Of a DNA stretch of 64,000 bases, positions 1-13,484 are shown piece after piece. The translations under genes were made by a program, and so were the position numbers. Position 1 is the stretch's first letter, and every line of letters starts with the position of its first letter. The notes below the pieces were generated by a model, which did not search any database, was not told where the DNA came from, and saw only the letters and a program-made list of their open reading frames with translations. This DNA comes from Nemertoderma westbladi (Eukaryota > Animalia > Xenacoelomorpha), in contig JAUCBJ010006829.1 in NCBI GenBank assembly GCA_032718475.1, positions 12,688-76,687 on the forward strand, given 5' to 3'.

Positions 1-685
1 TATCTAATACATTTTATTTAACTATTTTATTATTAAATAAATCAAAATGTCTAACATTGGAAACAAATTGCTTTTTGCAAATCATCATGGTTCGGCTGCT
101 ATGGTCAATATACATATAATTTTTGTATTCTGAAACTGAATATACAAAAACCCTTCAGTTAATGGGAAGATTTGACGGCTATGCTACTTTGGGAGTGGTG
201 ATGGTAGCATTTCGAGATATCTTTAAAAACACAGATTATTTCTATATATAGAATTTGTACATATAGCGAATATGCAAACCGCTATAAAATGCTACATTTT
301 GTTATCCTTAATTATATTAAATAATACTGTAGCCCATTAGTAGCAAAGTGAAATTACTATATGGAATTTAGTGATATCTGAAAATGTAAGGAAACATATG
401 TAAGACTGCTATTGAGAAATATATAATGTAGTAGAATAATTGGGGGTCCCTAGCTTCTGTATGTAGGACGTAGAAGGCCACTGTTATTATAGTAGTAGAG
501 TACCGCCGTGCTATTTCAGTATTTAGTCTGTGCGATTTTGTGCTAGTTTTATTCTGCAATTTACAATCATTACAAATTAGGCCACTTATTTTCGTATTTC
601 GATAGAACTATGTGTAGTATGCATTGATAATGACGCAAATTACGAAATCTATCTATCGAAATCTATCTAAAATTATTCGAAATAT

Positions 686-1311
686 ATCCATCCAACATCC
701 ATGATGGATCCGTCCAACATCCATGACGGATCCATCCAACATCCATGACGGATCCGTCCAACATCCATGATGGATCCGTCCAACATCCATGACGGATCCG
801 TCCAACATCCATGACGGATCCGTCCAACATCCATGATGGATCCGTCCAACATCCATGATGGATCCGTCCAACATCCATGACGGATCCGTCCAACTTCCTT
901 GATGGACCCGTCCAACATCCATGATGGATCCGTCCAACATCCATGACGGATCCATCCAACATCCTTGACGGATCCGTCCAATATCCATGATGGATCCGTC
1001 CAACATCCATGACGGATCCATCCAACATCCATGACGGATCCGTCCAATATCCATGATGGATCCGTCCAACATCCATGACGGATCCGTCCAACATCCATGA
1101 TGGATCCGTCCAACATCCATGACGGATCCGTCCAACATCCATGATGGATCCGTCCAACATCCATGACGGATCCGTCCAACATCCATGACGGATCCGTCCA
1201 ACATCCATGACGGATCCGTCCAACATCCGTGATGGATCCGTCCAACATCCATGACGAATCCGTCCAACATCCATGACGGATCCGTCCAACATCCATGATG
1301 GATCCGTCCAA
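686..1311. repeat. 22-bp minisatellite (CCAACATCCATGAYGGATCCGT)n, about 28 copies
   Basis: Period of 22 read directly; unit contains palindrome GACGGATCCGTC; explains the three overlapping minus-strand 22-aa-repeat ORFs. Confidence 0.97.
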
Positions 1312-2165
1312 TATAAAATCTCTGACTTTAAGTCTTATAAATCTCAGTCTGTCTGTCTCGCGATACAATAATAGAAAGCTAACTTGAGCAACGTCACTAT
1401 CTCGTCATATTTTAAGTATTTGTTTGCGTGAATCGAATGTGGTCAAAGTGGATTATTTTGCATCGTTTTAGGCCAAAATATATTACTGGTCAGCAATCAG
1501 GACTCAGGCGACTTTGTAACTGCAGTTTCACCATTAGACTAAGACTAAGGCTGTTCTAACTGAAACTTTGCAGGTATGTATGTATGTATGTACCACAGAG
1601 ATCTTACGCTGCCTGTTTGAGTGAGAGGACGCCGACCAGCCTACAGTTCTTCAATCTGCTGCTTGGGTGTGTAATCTCTGAGAGTGAAACCATTCCCATC
1701 ACCAATTTTATTGTTTTTGAGCTGATACTGGGGAAATATCTACTACAAGATTGGATTCGTGTTTGGGAGGAAGCTGAAGTTCTCTAGTCTACCGGTAGTA
1801 GGTGGAATGTCTGAAGGTGAAAAAGTCCTGCGTTTTTGTTGTTTTTAATCTTTTCGAGCTGATGCATGGCATATATACAGTAGATTACACCACAGGCGGT
1901 TGCGTGTTTGGGAGGACGTATATTATTCGGCAGTTCACCAGCCTGTCGCTAAGGGTCGACATGCCTGAAAGTGAAAACCGTAAATACTAATCAAATTATA
2001 CACCAGAAAAGAGGGTGTTTATCCCCCCCCCCCTACTTATCTGACCTGTTTCGAAACAGATAGAGTAATTGTAATTAATTCGTGTTACTTAAAACAGTTA
2101 TCGTAAAAAAAATATATTTGTATTTCGCTTCTAATATAAGCCAATGTATAGTATTGTTGCTGGAT

Positions 2166-5100
2166 CGCTTTCCCAAATAAGTATTAGTCAATAACGCTAA
2201 ATAAAACAACAGGGTAGCATTTTGCGACGGTTTGTGTTTTAAACATATATATAAATTATAAATATATTGAAACACAAAATGTAACATACATGTCAGCTAC
2301 TCTTACAAGCCATATTATTTTCACGAAAAATTTCACAAAAATAACATCCTGATAATTTTAAATCAACCCCATCTATTATAACGGTTATTAAGGTGTATGA
2401 ATATTAAGTCTTGTTAATTTTCCAATGTATTTCAATAGTAAAATAATTAAAATATTTAAATTTCAAAAACTATCAAAAAGATAACTTCCCCTTTATTTTA
2501 AAATATATTTTAAGTGGATTTATAAGTTTAATATATGGGAGAATCAAAGCTAAAAATTACTTATCACTTATCACTTAACGATTAATATTATTAAATTTTG
2601 CATATGTAGATTCAAAATACAAAGGTAGCAGTACCGACAATATATAACAATTTCCCAGGTTGCGGATCAGGATGTGATTGTGAGTTGTCTGCTTAGGCGA
2701 CTGTGTATTACATTAGACGGCAGTTTGTTTGGTTGATGTAAGTCATTATTGGTTTTTATCCTCCAATCCCATCTGTTTCGTGGAGTCTGTGTGATGCATG
2801 TTCGTTACGGCGGCGGCGACAGAATCCATATGCTGAGAGGTCAGCCTCCGGGCCGCTCAGTATACGTGCGTATACGTTTATTCCAAACACTCAATCGAAG
2901 AAATTATCTTTAGTTTAAAATTATTATTAAAAATATGAAGAAATTATCGGGAGGGAGTGGGCCATCACGCTGTTGAACTACAGAACTGTTCTGTAGTTCG
3001 CGAGAAATCGTAGATAAATTGTTACAATTTATCTACGATTTCTCGCGAACTCTTCCAGTTTCTCGAACTCTTACAATTTGCTGTGCGCGATATAGCGCTC
3101 TCTAACAGCGGAGGAACTCAGTCAGTCAGTTGTTTACTTCAGTTGTTCTTCTCACCGGAGCTGATGTTTCCTTTACCAACTTCGATTCTAAGACGCCAAG
3201 ACCACATTTTTTTTGATAGCGAAGTCTTATTCAGGGAACGGCAGGTCGTAGAAGAATCGTAATCAGATGTCTCGAAACAGTTGAAAAGTTCAGCATTGGG
3301 TATGGGTATTCCGAGTGTGTTTCGCCAGAGCGAAAGGCAGATTGTAAGTGAATCTCACATTAAAGTAGCGCCAAAAGTGCCTTCAGTGATCGCCTGCGCT
3401 TCAACATCGACAATGTACTACAGTAGGCCTACTACCAACAAACTGTAAATAAAAAAACTAATACCAACTCAAGCCCATCTGTTGATGTGTGGTAGTGGTA
3501 GTAGAGGAGAGGCTACTACTGCTGTACTGCATTTGGTAGGCCTAACAGGTTGTTTATTTATTCGAGTTTATTATGACTGTATGTGGTTGCTTGTCAACGA
3601 ACAATTGGACAGAATGCACAATACAATGCATAACACATAAGGTGTACGTAGGCCCTACACCTTGATAACACAATACAATGAGTCAACCCACCTTTCCTTA
3701 AATGTCTTATACGCCAACCATTTAATAGACGTCTGGTCTCGCCCAATCAGAGAACAGTAAATAAGCTGCATTTAATTAACCAAATGCTGTTATGTGGTGT
3801 GTAGTAAGAAAAATATTAGCTTGGGAAAGGAATTTATTAGCACGTAATGTAAATATTGTACTTAAATATTATTTGTAACAGCTTCATATTAGATTACTAA
3901 TTATTTATTATTAATATTATTATTAAAATATGTTTGCAATCAATTTGCACCATTAAATCAAACATATACATTGGCGCAAGTAGTCCTCATTTATATTTAT
4001 ATCTTGTTGCAATGTTAAATTATCTACTAGGGAAAAGAGCGGGTTGCAGTGATGCGTTATTCTAACCAATACAATAAACTAAAGTCATTAGTACAGGTGA
4101 CAGTTTTAATTTTGGGAGTAATCAGCGCCGATTTTCCACTAGGAGGAGGGATGATTTCTGTCGTCGCGTCGAAAGTCTGCCGTATCTGAATTATTATGAA
4201 TTAATTATTTCGTTCTAGAGTAAGTTTAATAATATATACAATGTACAATTAGCCATTGTCAGCTGCCAGCCAACCTTTATACAATCAAAATATAAACGTT
4301 TTAAAAGAAAATAAATAAAAGTTAAAACAACTATTATTTAACCTGTTGGAAGTGGAATTATCAGCTTCAGAGAGGACCACGTCTGTAAAGAAAACCACGA
4401 AGTTTCTCCGCGGTTCGAGAGCTGATCTTCGAGAGCAATATCGCGCACAGTAAACTGTCACAGAAAATGAAAGAGTTCGCGAGAAATCGTAGAGAAATCG
4501 ATCTGTAGTTCACACCAGTGTGGTCAAATCAATCCCTTGCAATAGAATCCAAGTTTGGAATAAAATAATTGATCTTTGTTGCCAATTAATAATATAATAA
4601 TTGACTTTATTGCTTGATATACAAAGACGATATACAATTCGTAGTCATGTAAATTGTTTAATATTTTTGTTTGCAAATCATATTACAGTATACTGTATAT
4701 TTCGCATACCCACCCATTAATTGTTTTATTGAGAAGAATTAATATCTATTTAATTAAAACTGCATGTTTTCTTAATTAAATTAATTAAATTTAATTAATT
4801 TAATTAATTAAATTATGAATAAATCAATTATAAATTGTTAAATAGTGACGGTATTGCTACCTTTGTATTTTGAATCTACATATGGAAAATTTAATAATAT
4901 TAAACGTTAAGTGGGTTGATAAGTAATTCTTTGCTTTGATTCTCCTATGCATTCAACTTATGAATCCACTTAAATTATCTTTTAAAATAAAGGGGAAGTT
5001 ATGTTTTTGATAATTTTTGAAATTTTGATTTTTGAATAATTTTGCTACTGAAATACATTGAAAAGCTGCGGAACTTATATATTCATACACCTTAATAACC

Positions 5101-5317
5101 GTTATAATAGATGGGGTTGATTTAAAATGATCAGGATGTTATTTTTGTGAAATTTTTCGTGAAAATAATATGGCTTGTAAGAGTAGCTGACATGTATGTT
5201 ACATTTTGTGTTTCAATATATGTATAATTTATATATATGTTTAAAACACAAACCGTCGCAAAATGCTACTTTATTGTTTTATTTAGCGTTATTGACTAAT
5301 ACTTATTTGAGAAAGCG
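2166..5317. repeat. Large inverted repeat pair, ~490-bp arms (2166-2653 / 4832-5317), possible foldback/TIR DNA element
   Basis: e.g. GCATTTTGCGACGGTTTGTGTTTTAAAC (~2217) vs GTTTAAAACACAAACCGTCGCAAAATGC (~5239); the arms align throughout; no TSD identified. Confidence 0.85.
2966..4522. mobile_element. Non-autonomous TIR element with CAC...GTG termini and ~90-130-bp imperfect TIRs
   Basis: Left end CACGCTGTTGAACTACAGA...CTACGATTTCTCGCGAACTCTT...CTGTGCGCGATAT matches the reverse complement of 4431-4522; no ORF, no clear TSD. Confidence 0.65.
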
Positions 5318-5936
5318 GTTTTGTTGATTCACGTGAATCAAATACATGCCAGGCATCAGTATAATGTGCAATGGTAAATTGTGCCAGACACAGAAGCATA
5401 AGGGGCGAGTCATGCGTTAGTGTAAGCCTTCAGGGTATGGCTATCAGTAAATTTAATTCATCTCGATGTAGCTCTTCTCTCTTTCAGTTTGTCTTACCTT
5501 TTTTTATTATGGGTAAACTGGATAGCTACTACTGGCGTTCCGTACTTTACGATATCAAGGAAAGCAATTACCTTCTATACACCATTGCCATATCCCCAGA
5601 TTTTCATACTTCAATAATAAATTGGCTGTTTGAGTAAATAAATAATTTGAATATGACTTGAATAATTTAATAGAAAGTAGCGTTGATTTTCTAATAGCAG
5701 TTAGAGATGTAAAACGTTTTATGCTTTAAATTAATAAACAACAATTTAGGAAATTATCATGAAACTGAAAGAAATACCTATTAAATACATAATCTGAAAA
5801 TTTACTTCTGGAAAAATTATAAAATATTAATGTTTCAGAATAATAGCTTCTGTTACATTTTTATGGTTAATATGTTTCCACGGGGAAAAATAATACTATT
5901 TCTATAAAAACGTTGTGATAATAAATTGTTAGATTT

Positions 5937-6412
5937 CGAATAAATCAATTAATATTTGTTAAATAATGACGGTACTGCTACCTTTGTATTTTGAATCTAC
6001 ATATGCAAAATTTAATAACAAGAACCGCTATCTGCATTGATAAATAATTTTTAGCATTGATTCTTCCATATATTAAACATATAAATCCACTTAAATTATC
6101 TTTTAAAATAAAAGTGTAAGTCATTTTTCGATAATTTTAGAAATTACATTTTTTTAATTATTTTACCATTTAAATACATAGTAAATTAACAAAACTTAAT
6201 ATCCGCACAACTTAATATGTCTTCTAAGAGATGCGCTTGTTTTTAAATTTTCAGGATGCCCAATTTCTGTAAATTTTTGTCAGAATAGTACGGCTTGTAT
6301 GAATAGCTGACCCCTATGTTACATTTTGTGTCTCACTATATGTATAATTTATATATATGTTTACAATACAAACCGTCACAAAGTGCTACCTTATTTTCAA
6401 ATTATATTTAGC
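5937..6412. repeat. Third, more diverged copy of the ~490-bp repeat (same orientation as 4832-5317)
   Basis: Shares GACGGTACTGCTACCTTTGTATTTTGAATCTACATATG...ACAAACCGTC with the 4832-5317 arm. Confidence 0.8.
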
Positions 6413-7852
6413 ATATGGGACTATGATGTAAGTCACTCTTCTATAACGTTTAGTAAGCATAAAATCCTTGTGCGATGTCCGCCTATCTGTCTAATTCAAT
6501 GTTTCAACATCAATATTACAGCAATTATTTTTTTTATCTGTGCTCATGGATGAGAAAGATGTTCGGTAGATGACCCCCGCATCCGCAAAATGAAAGCATC
6601 CTTAAAGCTCTTTAAATGGCAGCTTTTCCGTGCAGCTGTGGAGGAAATTACAACTAGTAATTTTGCGGCTCTATGGCAATCCTTGCTGGGCTCTTGCAGA
6701 TTTACAGATGCTCCTCTTAGATATTGTAGCTGAAAACAGAACCTTGAATTGGAAAAAAAAATGCAGTACCAAACCAAATACTACATCATTTTGAATATGC
6801 CACGCAACCCGCAATAGTAAATGCGGTCCATTTTCATGAGATTTCACTCTCTCTTTGGCACAAATTAATCCTAAATTAATGTAATTATTAATTAATACAT
6901 AGATATTTTTATGAGAACCGATATTAATTGACTGTTTTCATTATACCTGTATTATAAAGTAGCACTTTACTTAGTCCTTTTCCAAGTGATCCAGAGATCG
7001 ATAGTGGTAAAGTACAGTAGGCCTACATATAACAACTAGGTATAATTAGTCAGAAACTACATGAGTTACTTAGCGAGGTAACCAAATGGTAAAGCCATGT
7101 AAAGAAGATTCAGGTTTAGGTTCAGTTTCATTGTAAAGCTCCCTAGCAATGTATCGTCTCTCTTGAATTTACAAATATATTATATTAGGCCAGTGCTACT
7201 CTTGTGCTACTGTACAAGTAGTGCTATATAACAACAACAATTCATTGTTAACACTAACGGCGCTAAGTAAAGTTAAAATTTTTATTACTTAAATGAAGTA
7301 AAAGTAAATTAATTTAAAAATTCGACAATGAAACTACACACTGTGTAATCTACCTGTTTAGTGTTTATATCGTCGGTGATATGGCGAACAGCCAAAGTGC
7401 CATTTTGGCTAAAATGAGGTTTTAACTGAAATTTGTACTAGAGTACCTTAGGGAGGTGTGATATAAACGCCAAAGTGATACTCACATCCACTGCTTCAGA
7501 AAAGAGATGTGTCTTAGCCAAAGTGAGAATTGCAAATTAAGAGTAGGAGTTGTGGTAAAAACGCCAATCGCTTCTGTCATGTTACTGTACAAGTGTATTT
7601 TTTGCTAAGAAAGCCCAAACTTGGTATGGCAAAAAAGCCAAAGCGATGACTTAACATAGTTTGCCAGTGTAGGCCTATATTCCGGCTGTAGTCCGGAGAA
7701 TAAATGGTTGGCTAAACTTTCAGTTTGTATTGAAATTCATTATAAAACATCATACTGGCTGCTACAATTCCATTGTAGCATTTAGCTCGTGTTCCAGTAG
7801 CTATTATTAGTTTGTTTGTTGGTGGCTGAATGCCTGGGTTTGTGGCTAGTTT

Positions 7853-8577
7853 GTAACATGGTGTAACTAGAGAAACATGGTGTAACTAGAGAAACATGGT
7901 GTAACTAGAGAAACATGGTGTAACTAGAGAAACATGGTGTAACTAGAGAAACATGGTGTAACTAGAGAAACATGGTGTAACTAGAGAAACATGGTGTAAC
8001 TAGAGAAACATGGTGTAACTAGAGAAACATGGTGTAACTAGAGAAACATGGTGTAACTAGAGAAACATGGTGTAACTAGAGAAACATGGTGTAACTAGAG
8101 AAACATGGTGTAACTACAGAAACATGGTGTAACTAGAGAAACATTATGTAACTTGAGAAACATGGTGTAACTAGAGAAACATGGTGTAACTAGAGAAACA
8201 TGGTGTAACTAGAGAAACATGGTGTAACTAAAGAAACATGTTGTAACTAGAGAAACATGGTGAAACTAGTGCAACATGGTGAAACTAGTGTAAAATTGTG
8301 TAACCAGTGTAAAATGGTGTAACTAGTGTAAAATGGTGTAACTAGTGTAACATGGTGTAACTAGTGTAACATGGTGTAACTAGTGTAAAATGGTGTAACT
8401 AGAGAAACATGGTGAAACTAGTGCAACATGGTGTAACTAGTGTAAAATGGTGTAACCAGTGTAAAATGGTGTAACTAGTATAAAATGGTGTAACTAGTGT
8501 AAAATGGTGTATCTAGTGTAACATGGTATAACTAGTGTAACATGGTGTAACTAGTGTAAAATGGTGTAACTAGTGCA
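7853..8577. repeat. 19-bp minisatellite (CATGGTGTAACTAGAGAAA)n grading into (M-ATGGTGTAACTAGTGTAA)n, about 38 copies
   Basis: Period of 19 read directly; the unit variant changes at about 8265. Confidence 0.97.
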
Positions 8578-9697
8578 ATGAAAAAAGAATTAGTGTATGA
8601 AAAAAGAATTATTTTCTGAAATATCATCTTCATGCTGCAATTTTTGCAAAAATTAAACACAAAAATGTGATTATCTCGAAATTATATTTTTGCACCTTAG
8701 TTGATTTTCCATATCACAGCACCGACGATATTATTGCACGCTTCACTATGAAATCCTCGTTTCACTTGGATTTTAAAACAACTTCCACTTGAATTTATTT
8801 CTAGATTACTCTACATGAAATAAAAATGTTAATTAAAAGGTCAGTTTCTTCAAGCACTACTTCTTACAATACAGCTCATAGATTCGGAATAAATACTTTG
8901 CAGCTATTTGTAATATTCCTAGTAATTTAAGGGACAAGCTTGTTTTAAATTAATCAGAAACAATATTTTTGGAAAATTTTGCACAAAATTCCGTACGCAA
9001 GTAGCTTGTTTTAGTTGTTTTCATGTAATAATTCAAATTGCAAGAATACAAACCGACAAAAAAAGCTACGCAACATTTGGGCTTGTATACCTGTTAGTTA
9101 GTTACTTAATTACTCGATTATATGATTACTAATTAGCTTTATTATCCAGCTTGTATAACCATATCGAAATTTAATTGTTATGCGTTATTGTATCACGCTA
9201 AATGGTGTTATCAACTAGCTTGTCAGATTATGGTAGCATTGTAGCCACTTTGTCACCATTGCTACCTAAGTAGCAAGGGTGCCACTCATGGTAGCTGAAC
9301 CGACAGTTTCATATTCTGCATAGGTAGCAAGGACGCCAGTCCCTTTTTAGTGAGAATGGCGTCCTTGCTACGTTTTGTGTCCATATATATATTACATATT
9401 TTATAATTAATATTCAAATATTTATTTCTATATTATATATTATACATTGTATATCGTTATTATATTAAACATAACATATCATTATTATAATTATAATTAT
9501 ATATTATTACATATTACATATTATATATTTTATATCATTATTATATATATATATTTATATTTTATATCATTATTATATATATATTTGTATTTCATATCAT
9601 TATTACATTTATAAAATTATTTTCTATGTTCAATATTTATTTATGTATCTAATATGATAATAATAATGGATGATAATAAAGATATTATTAATAACAA

Positions 9698-9987
9698 TCA
9701 TTTCGAACTCCGACAACTTAAAGTTTGCTTGAAGCCTTTCCTCATTTCTGGCATTTGTATCCAATACACAAAGAAATTAATTCCAGAATTGCAACAAAGT
9801 AAAACATAGAGATATGGGCTAAGGAGATAATATGTTTCTTCTATTGATTCGCCCCCAACATTGAAGTTAAATATGATGACTCTGGTGATGAGTGGGATAA
9901 TTACCAGAACGAGATTGAAGATGACAAGTATTGACATGAGCTTGGTGACACGAAGTTGTGCTCGGTACCTCGCCTCTGCTGCTTCTC
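9698..9987 (-). CDS. Class-A (rhodopsin-like) GPCR, terminal coding exon (ICL3-TM6-TM7-helix 8)
   Basis: Acceptor ctccttttactcctacAG (9989-9988), phase 1; encodes EAAEARYRAQLRVTKLMSILVIFNLVLVIIP...LLCCNSGINFFVY...MRKGFK* (NPxxY-equivalent NFFVY plus helix 8). Confidence 0.85.
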
Positions 9988-10802
9988 CTGTAGGAGTAAA
10001 AGGAGATTGAGTGAGTTGGAGCACGTTATTTCAGTGCGGTATATCAGTACGGTATTTTGTAAGGTATTTCAGTACGATATTTCAGTTTTTTTAGTGAAAT
10101 CTCCATTATTATATTTATAAATACAGTATGACATGTATGACGGTATTTCAGTACGATATTTCAGTACGGTAGTTCAGTACGGTATTACAGTACGGTATTT
10201 CAGTACCGGATTTTACTTAGAATGTTTCAGTTAGAGTATTTCAGTATGGTTTTTCAGTATGGTATTTCAGTATGGTATTTCAGTATGGCATTTCAGTATG
10301 GTATTTCAGTACGTTATTTCAGTACATTATTTTAGTACAGCATTTCAGTATGGTATTTTAGTACTGTATTTTAGTACGGTATTTTAGTACAGTATTTCAG
10401 TACAGTATTTCAGTATGGTATTTCAGTACGGTATTTCAGTACGGTATATTTTAGTACTGTATTTCAGTATGGTATTTTAGTACTGTATTTTAGTACGGTA
10501 TTTCAGTACATTATTTTAGTACAGCATTTCAGTATGGTATTTTAGTACTGTATTTCAGTACGGTATTTTAGTACGGTATTTTAGTACGGTATTTCAGTAC
10601 GGTATTTCAGTACATTATTTTAGTACAATATTTCAGTATGGTATTTTAATACTGTATTATAGTACGGTATTTTAGTACAGTATTTCAGTACAGTATTTCA
10701 GTATGGTATTTCAGTACGGTATTTCAGTACGGTATTTTAGTACAGTATTACAGTACGGTATTTTAGTACTGTATTTTAGTACGGTATTTCAGTACGCTAT
10801 TT

Positions 10803-10803
<1 letters not shown>

Positions 10804-10834
<31 letters not shown>

Positions 10835-11994
10835 GAAAATAATCCATTAACATTGTAACTACGTAGCCTAATGCAAGAGTAGTATTCGTCACCACCCGTC
10901 ACCAAGCAACAGTACCGCACTTTGTACAGTTAGGCCTACTGCAGTACTGTTTGGATCAAGCTGCCCACAGTTTACGATTGAACCGGAATTGCGGTTGCTG
11001 TGTCAGCATTTGACAGCGTGATGGAGGTCTCCGCAATTTCGTGGTGAACCGGACGTCTGCTTGAGGAGCGGGACCCACGAAGGCACATTAGAGAAGATCT
11101 CAGAAGAGAGAAACTCAGTTGCCTCCGCGTCCATGACACACATTCCGGGTAGCTGATTCCACGTTTGTCCGCAATCTTTAGGGACAACCGCTTCACGAAC
11201 TGCTGTGTTGTCGGCGCCATCCCTCCAAATGCAGAGAATATGAGGGGTGTAAAAGTCGATAACTCGACTTCACGGATACGCTCCTCATATTTTAGCTGCT
11301 TCCGTCGCTCGTGGTATTGATGGGCTTCCTCTAACTTCATTGCCGCATTGGTTTCTGCCAGCGGGTTAAATACGGAAACATCGATAAAAGTTTTCTGATA
11401 GCGACTACCCCAAAACCCCGATACCGATACGTCGAGTCTGGCCTGCTGATCTGTTGTTGTAGAACGGTAGTTGAACGTTTCTCCCGTTAGCGTTTGCAAT
11501 ACCGGTTCGACCGCTACGTTGTGGGCCACCTCGGAAAGCGCGTTGGCAATGAAATCCCTAATCTCGTTGTGCCGTATTGAAGGATATCCTCCAGTGGGGC
11601 ACGAAAGGACGTGTGTTGCAGAAAATCGCACACCGCAGACACAACGAGAGGGGAGAGATTTCGGTTGCCACCCATACCGGAGACACACTGCATCCCGGAA
11701 CTCTTCTTTCGAGAGGTGAGTATGATGTAGGGTTACTGGTTTGCAATTCAGCCAGGCTGACGCACCTTTTTCTGTTACAAGCTCGGATAGGTTCTGTTGG
11801 TATGCTGGTAGGTTATTATAAACACGTTCCGTCTTTTCTTTCAGACCAACAATTGCTTCACACTTAATCTTATGGGCGATTACCTTCTGCGCCTCCAAGA
11901 TCTCCGGCATATCTTCCTCGGTTCCAGCGGTGGTAAACGGTTCACATATAAGCCGAGAGTTGGCATATTGGGATTCAAGGTCAGATGGTAACGG
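10804..11994 (-). mobile_element. 5'-truncated CRE-like (RLE) non-LTR retrotransposon, copy 1
   Basis: Frame open from 11994 to 10972 with CVCG...H...C zinc knuckle, RHNEIRD and RLD...DVSV...E..K.LKY PD-(D/E)xK-type nuclease motifs; 28-nt poly(A) (T 10804-10831); TSD ACGCTATTTC at 10794-10803 and 11995-12004. Confidence 0.9.
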
Positions 11995-12555
11995 ACGCTA
12001 TTTCAGTACATTATTTTAGTACAATATTTCAGTAGGGTATTTCTGTACGTTATTTCAGTATGGTATTTTAGTACTGTATTTTAGTACTGTATTTTAGTAC
12101 GGTATTTCAGTACGCTATTTCAGTACATTATTTTAGTACAATATTTCAGTAGGGTATTTCTGTACGTTATTTCAGTACGGTATTTTAGTACAGTATTTCA
12201 GTACGGTATTTTAGTACTGTATTTTAGTACGGTATTTCAGTACGTTATTTCAGTACATTATTTTAGTACATTATTTCAGTACAGTATTTCAGTATGGAAT
12301 TTCAGTACGGTATATCAGTACGGTATTTTAGTACAGTATTACAGTACATTATTTTAGTACAGTATTTCAGTATGGTATTTCAGTACGTTATTTCAGTACA
12401 TTATTTTAGTACAATATTTCAGTATGGTATTTCAGTACGGTATTTCAGTACGGTATTCTAGTACTGTATTTTAGTACGGTATTTCAGTACGTTATTTCAG
12501 TACATTATTTTAGTACATTATTTCAGTACAGTATTTCAGTATGGTATTTCAGTAC

Positions 12556-13484
12556 TAGCACACTGCTATGTTAATACTTTTATTCACAAAATCATAAAAA
12601 CCTTCAGAAATACAAACACAATTATAGGCACTATAACAAACAATTAAAAACAGTAATTAGAGAAACGCGGGAAATTTAAAAAACAATTGTACAACCACCA
12701 CCAGCTGTATTTGACGGCTGCCTAGCAACCAGATTGCTATTTCAAACAGTATGTACTGCTGTACTGTGTACTGCACTGCCTACCACTGCACTGCCATTCA
12801 GCCTGTTGGGTCCGAGTTTGCATTCGCCAGGAGAATGGACGCCTCCGCGATATTGCAGCGGACTGGGCGGCGAGAAGCTGATCTACAGCCACGCAAACAG
12901 AGCAGCGACGACCTCAGCAACGCGAAACTCAGTCGCCGGCGAACCCAGGTGATACTGTCGGAGTACCGGACCTCCCTTTTGTCTGCGATCTTGTGGGCCA
13001 GGCGAGTAACAAACTGCGTGGCGGCTTTGGACATCCCGCCGAAAGCCGTGAAGATGAGGGGAGTGAAGTTGCCGTGTTCAACCTCCCTCACCCGCTCCTC
13101 GTACTTCCGGATCTTTCGGTCCTCGTGATGGCGATGGGCGGCATCCAAAGACATGGCGGCGTTCGTAGCGGCCAGCGGGTTAAATACTGAAACGTCGATG
13201 AAGGTCCTCTGGAAGCGGTTGCCCCAGAAGCCACTCACCGAAACGTCCAGCCGCGCCTGCTGGTCAGTCGAAGCGGATCGGAGGGCGAACTGCTCGCCTG
13301 TCAGTGGCTGGAGCATCGGCTCAACTGCCACATTGTGCGCCACCTCGGTAAGGGAATCAGCCACGAAATCGCGGATCTCGTTGTGCCTTATGGAGGGGAA
13401 ACCTCCAGTAGGGCACGACAGAATATGCGAAGCGGAAAATCGCTCCCCACAGGCACAACGAGCTGGGAGATCCTTAGGGGACCA
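12556..13484 (-). mobile_element. 5'-truncated CRE-like non-LTR retrotransposon, copy 2 (distinct subfamily)
   Basis: Frame open 13484-12798 (WSPKDLPARCACG...RHNEIRD...RLDVSVSGFW); AATAAA near the 3' end; probable TSD TCAGTAC 12549-12555 / 13485-13491. Confidence 0.85.

Noticed and set aside
653-1368. Three overlapping 200+ aa ORFs with 22-aa repeats
   Set aside because: Artefact of a stop-free 22-bp repeat read in all three frames; no unique coding flanks.
6545-6735. Plus-strand SVDDPRIRKMKASLKLFKW, faintly like P-element/THAP9 transposase fragments
   Set aside because: Too short and unverifiable without a profile search.
7385-7645. Several GCCAAAGTG-like motifs next to the 19-bp array
   Set aside because: No defined boundaries or second copy; cannot assign.
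9380-9695. Extremely AT-rich tract downstream of the GPCR stop
   Set aside because: Low-complexity 3' UTR or intergenic sequence with no definable structure.
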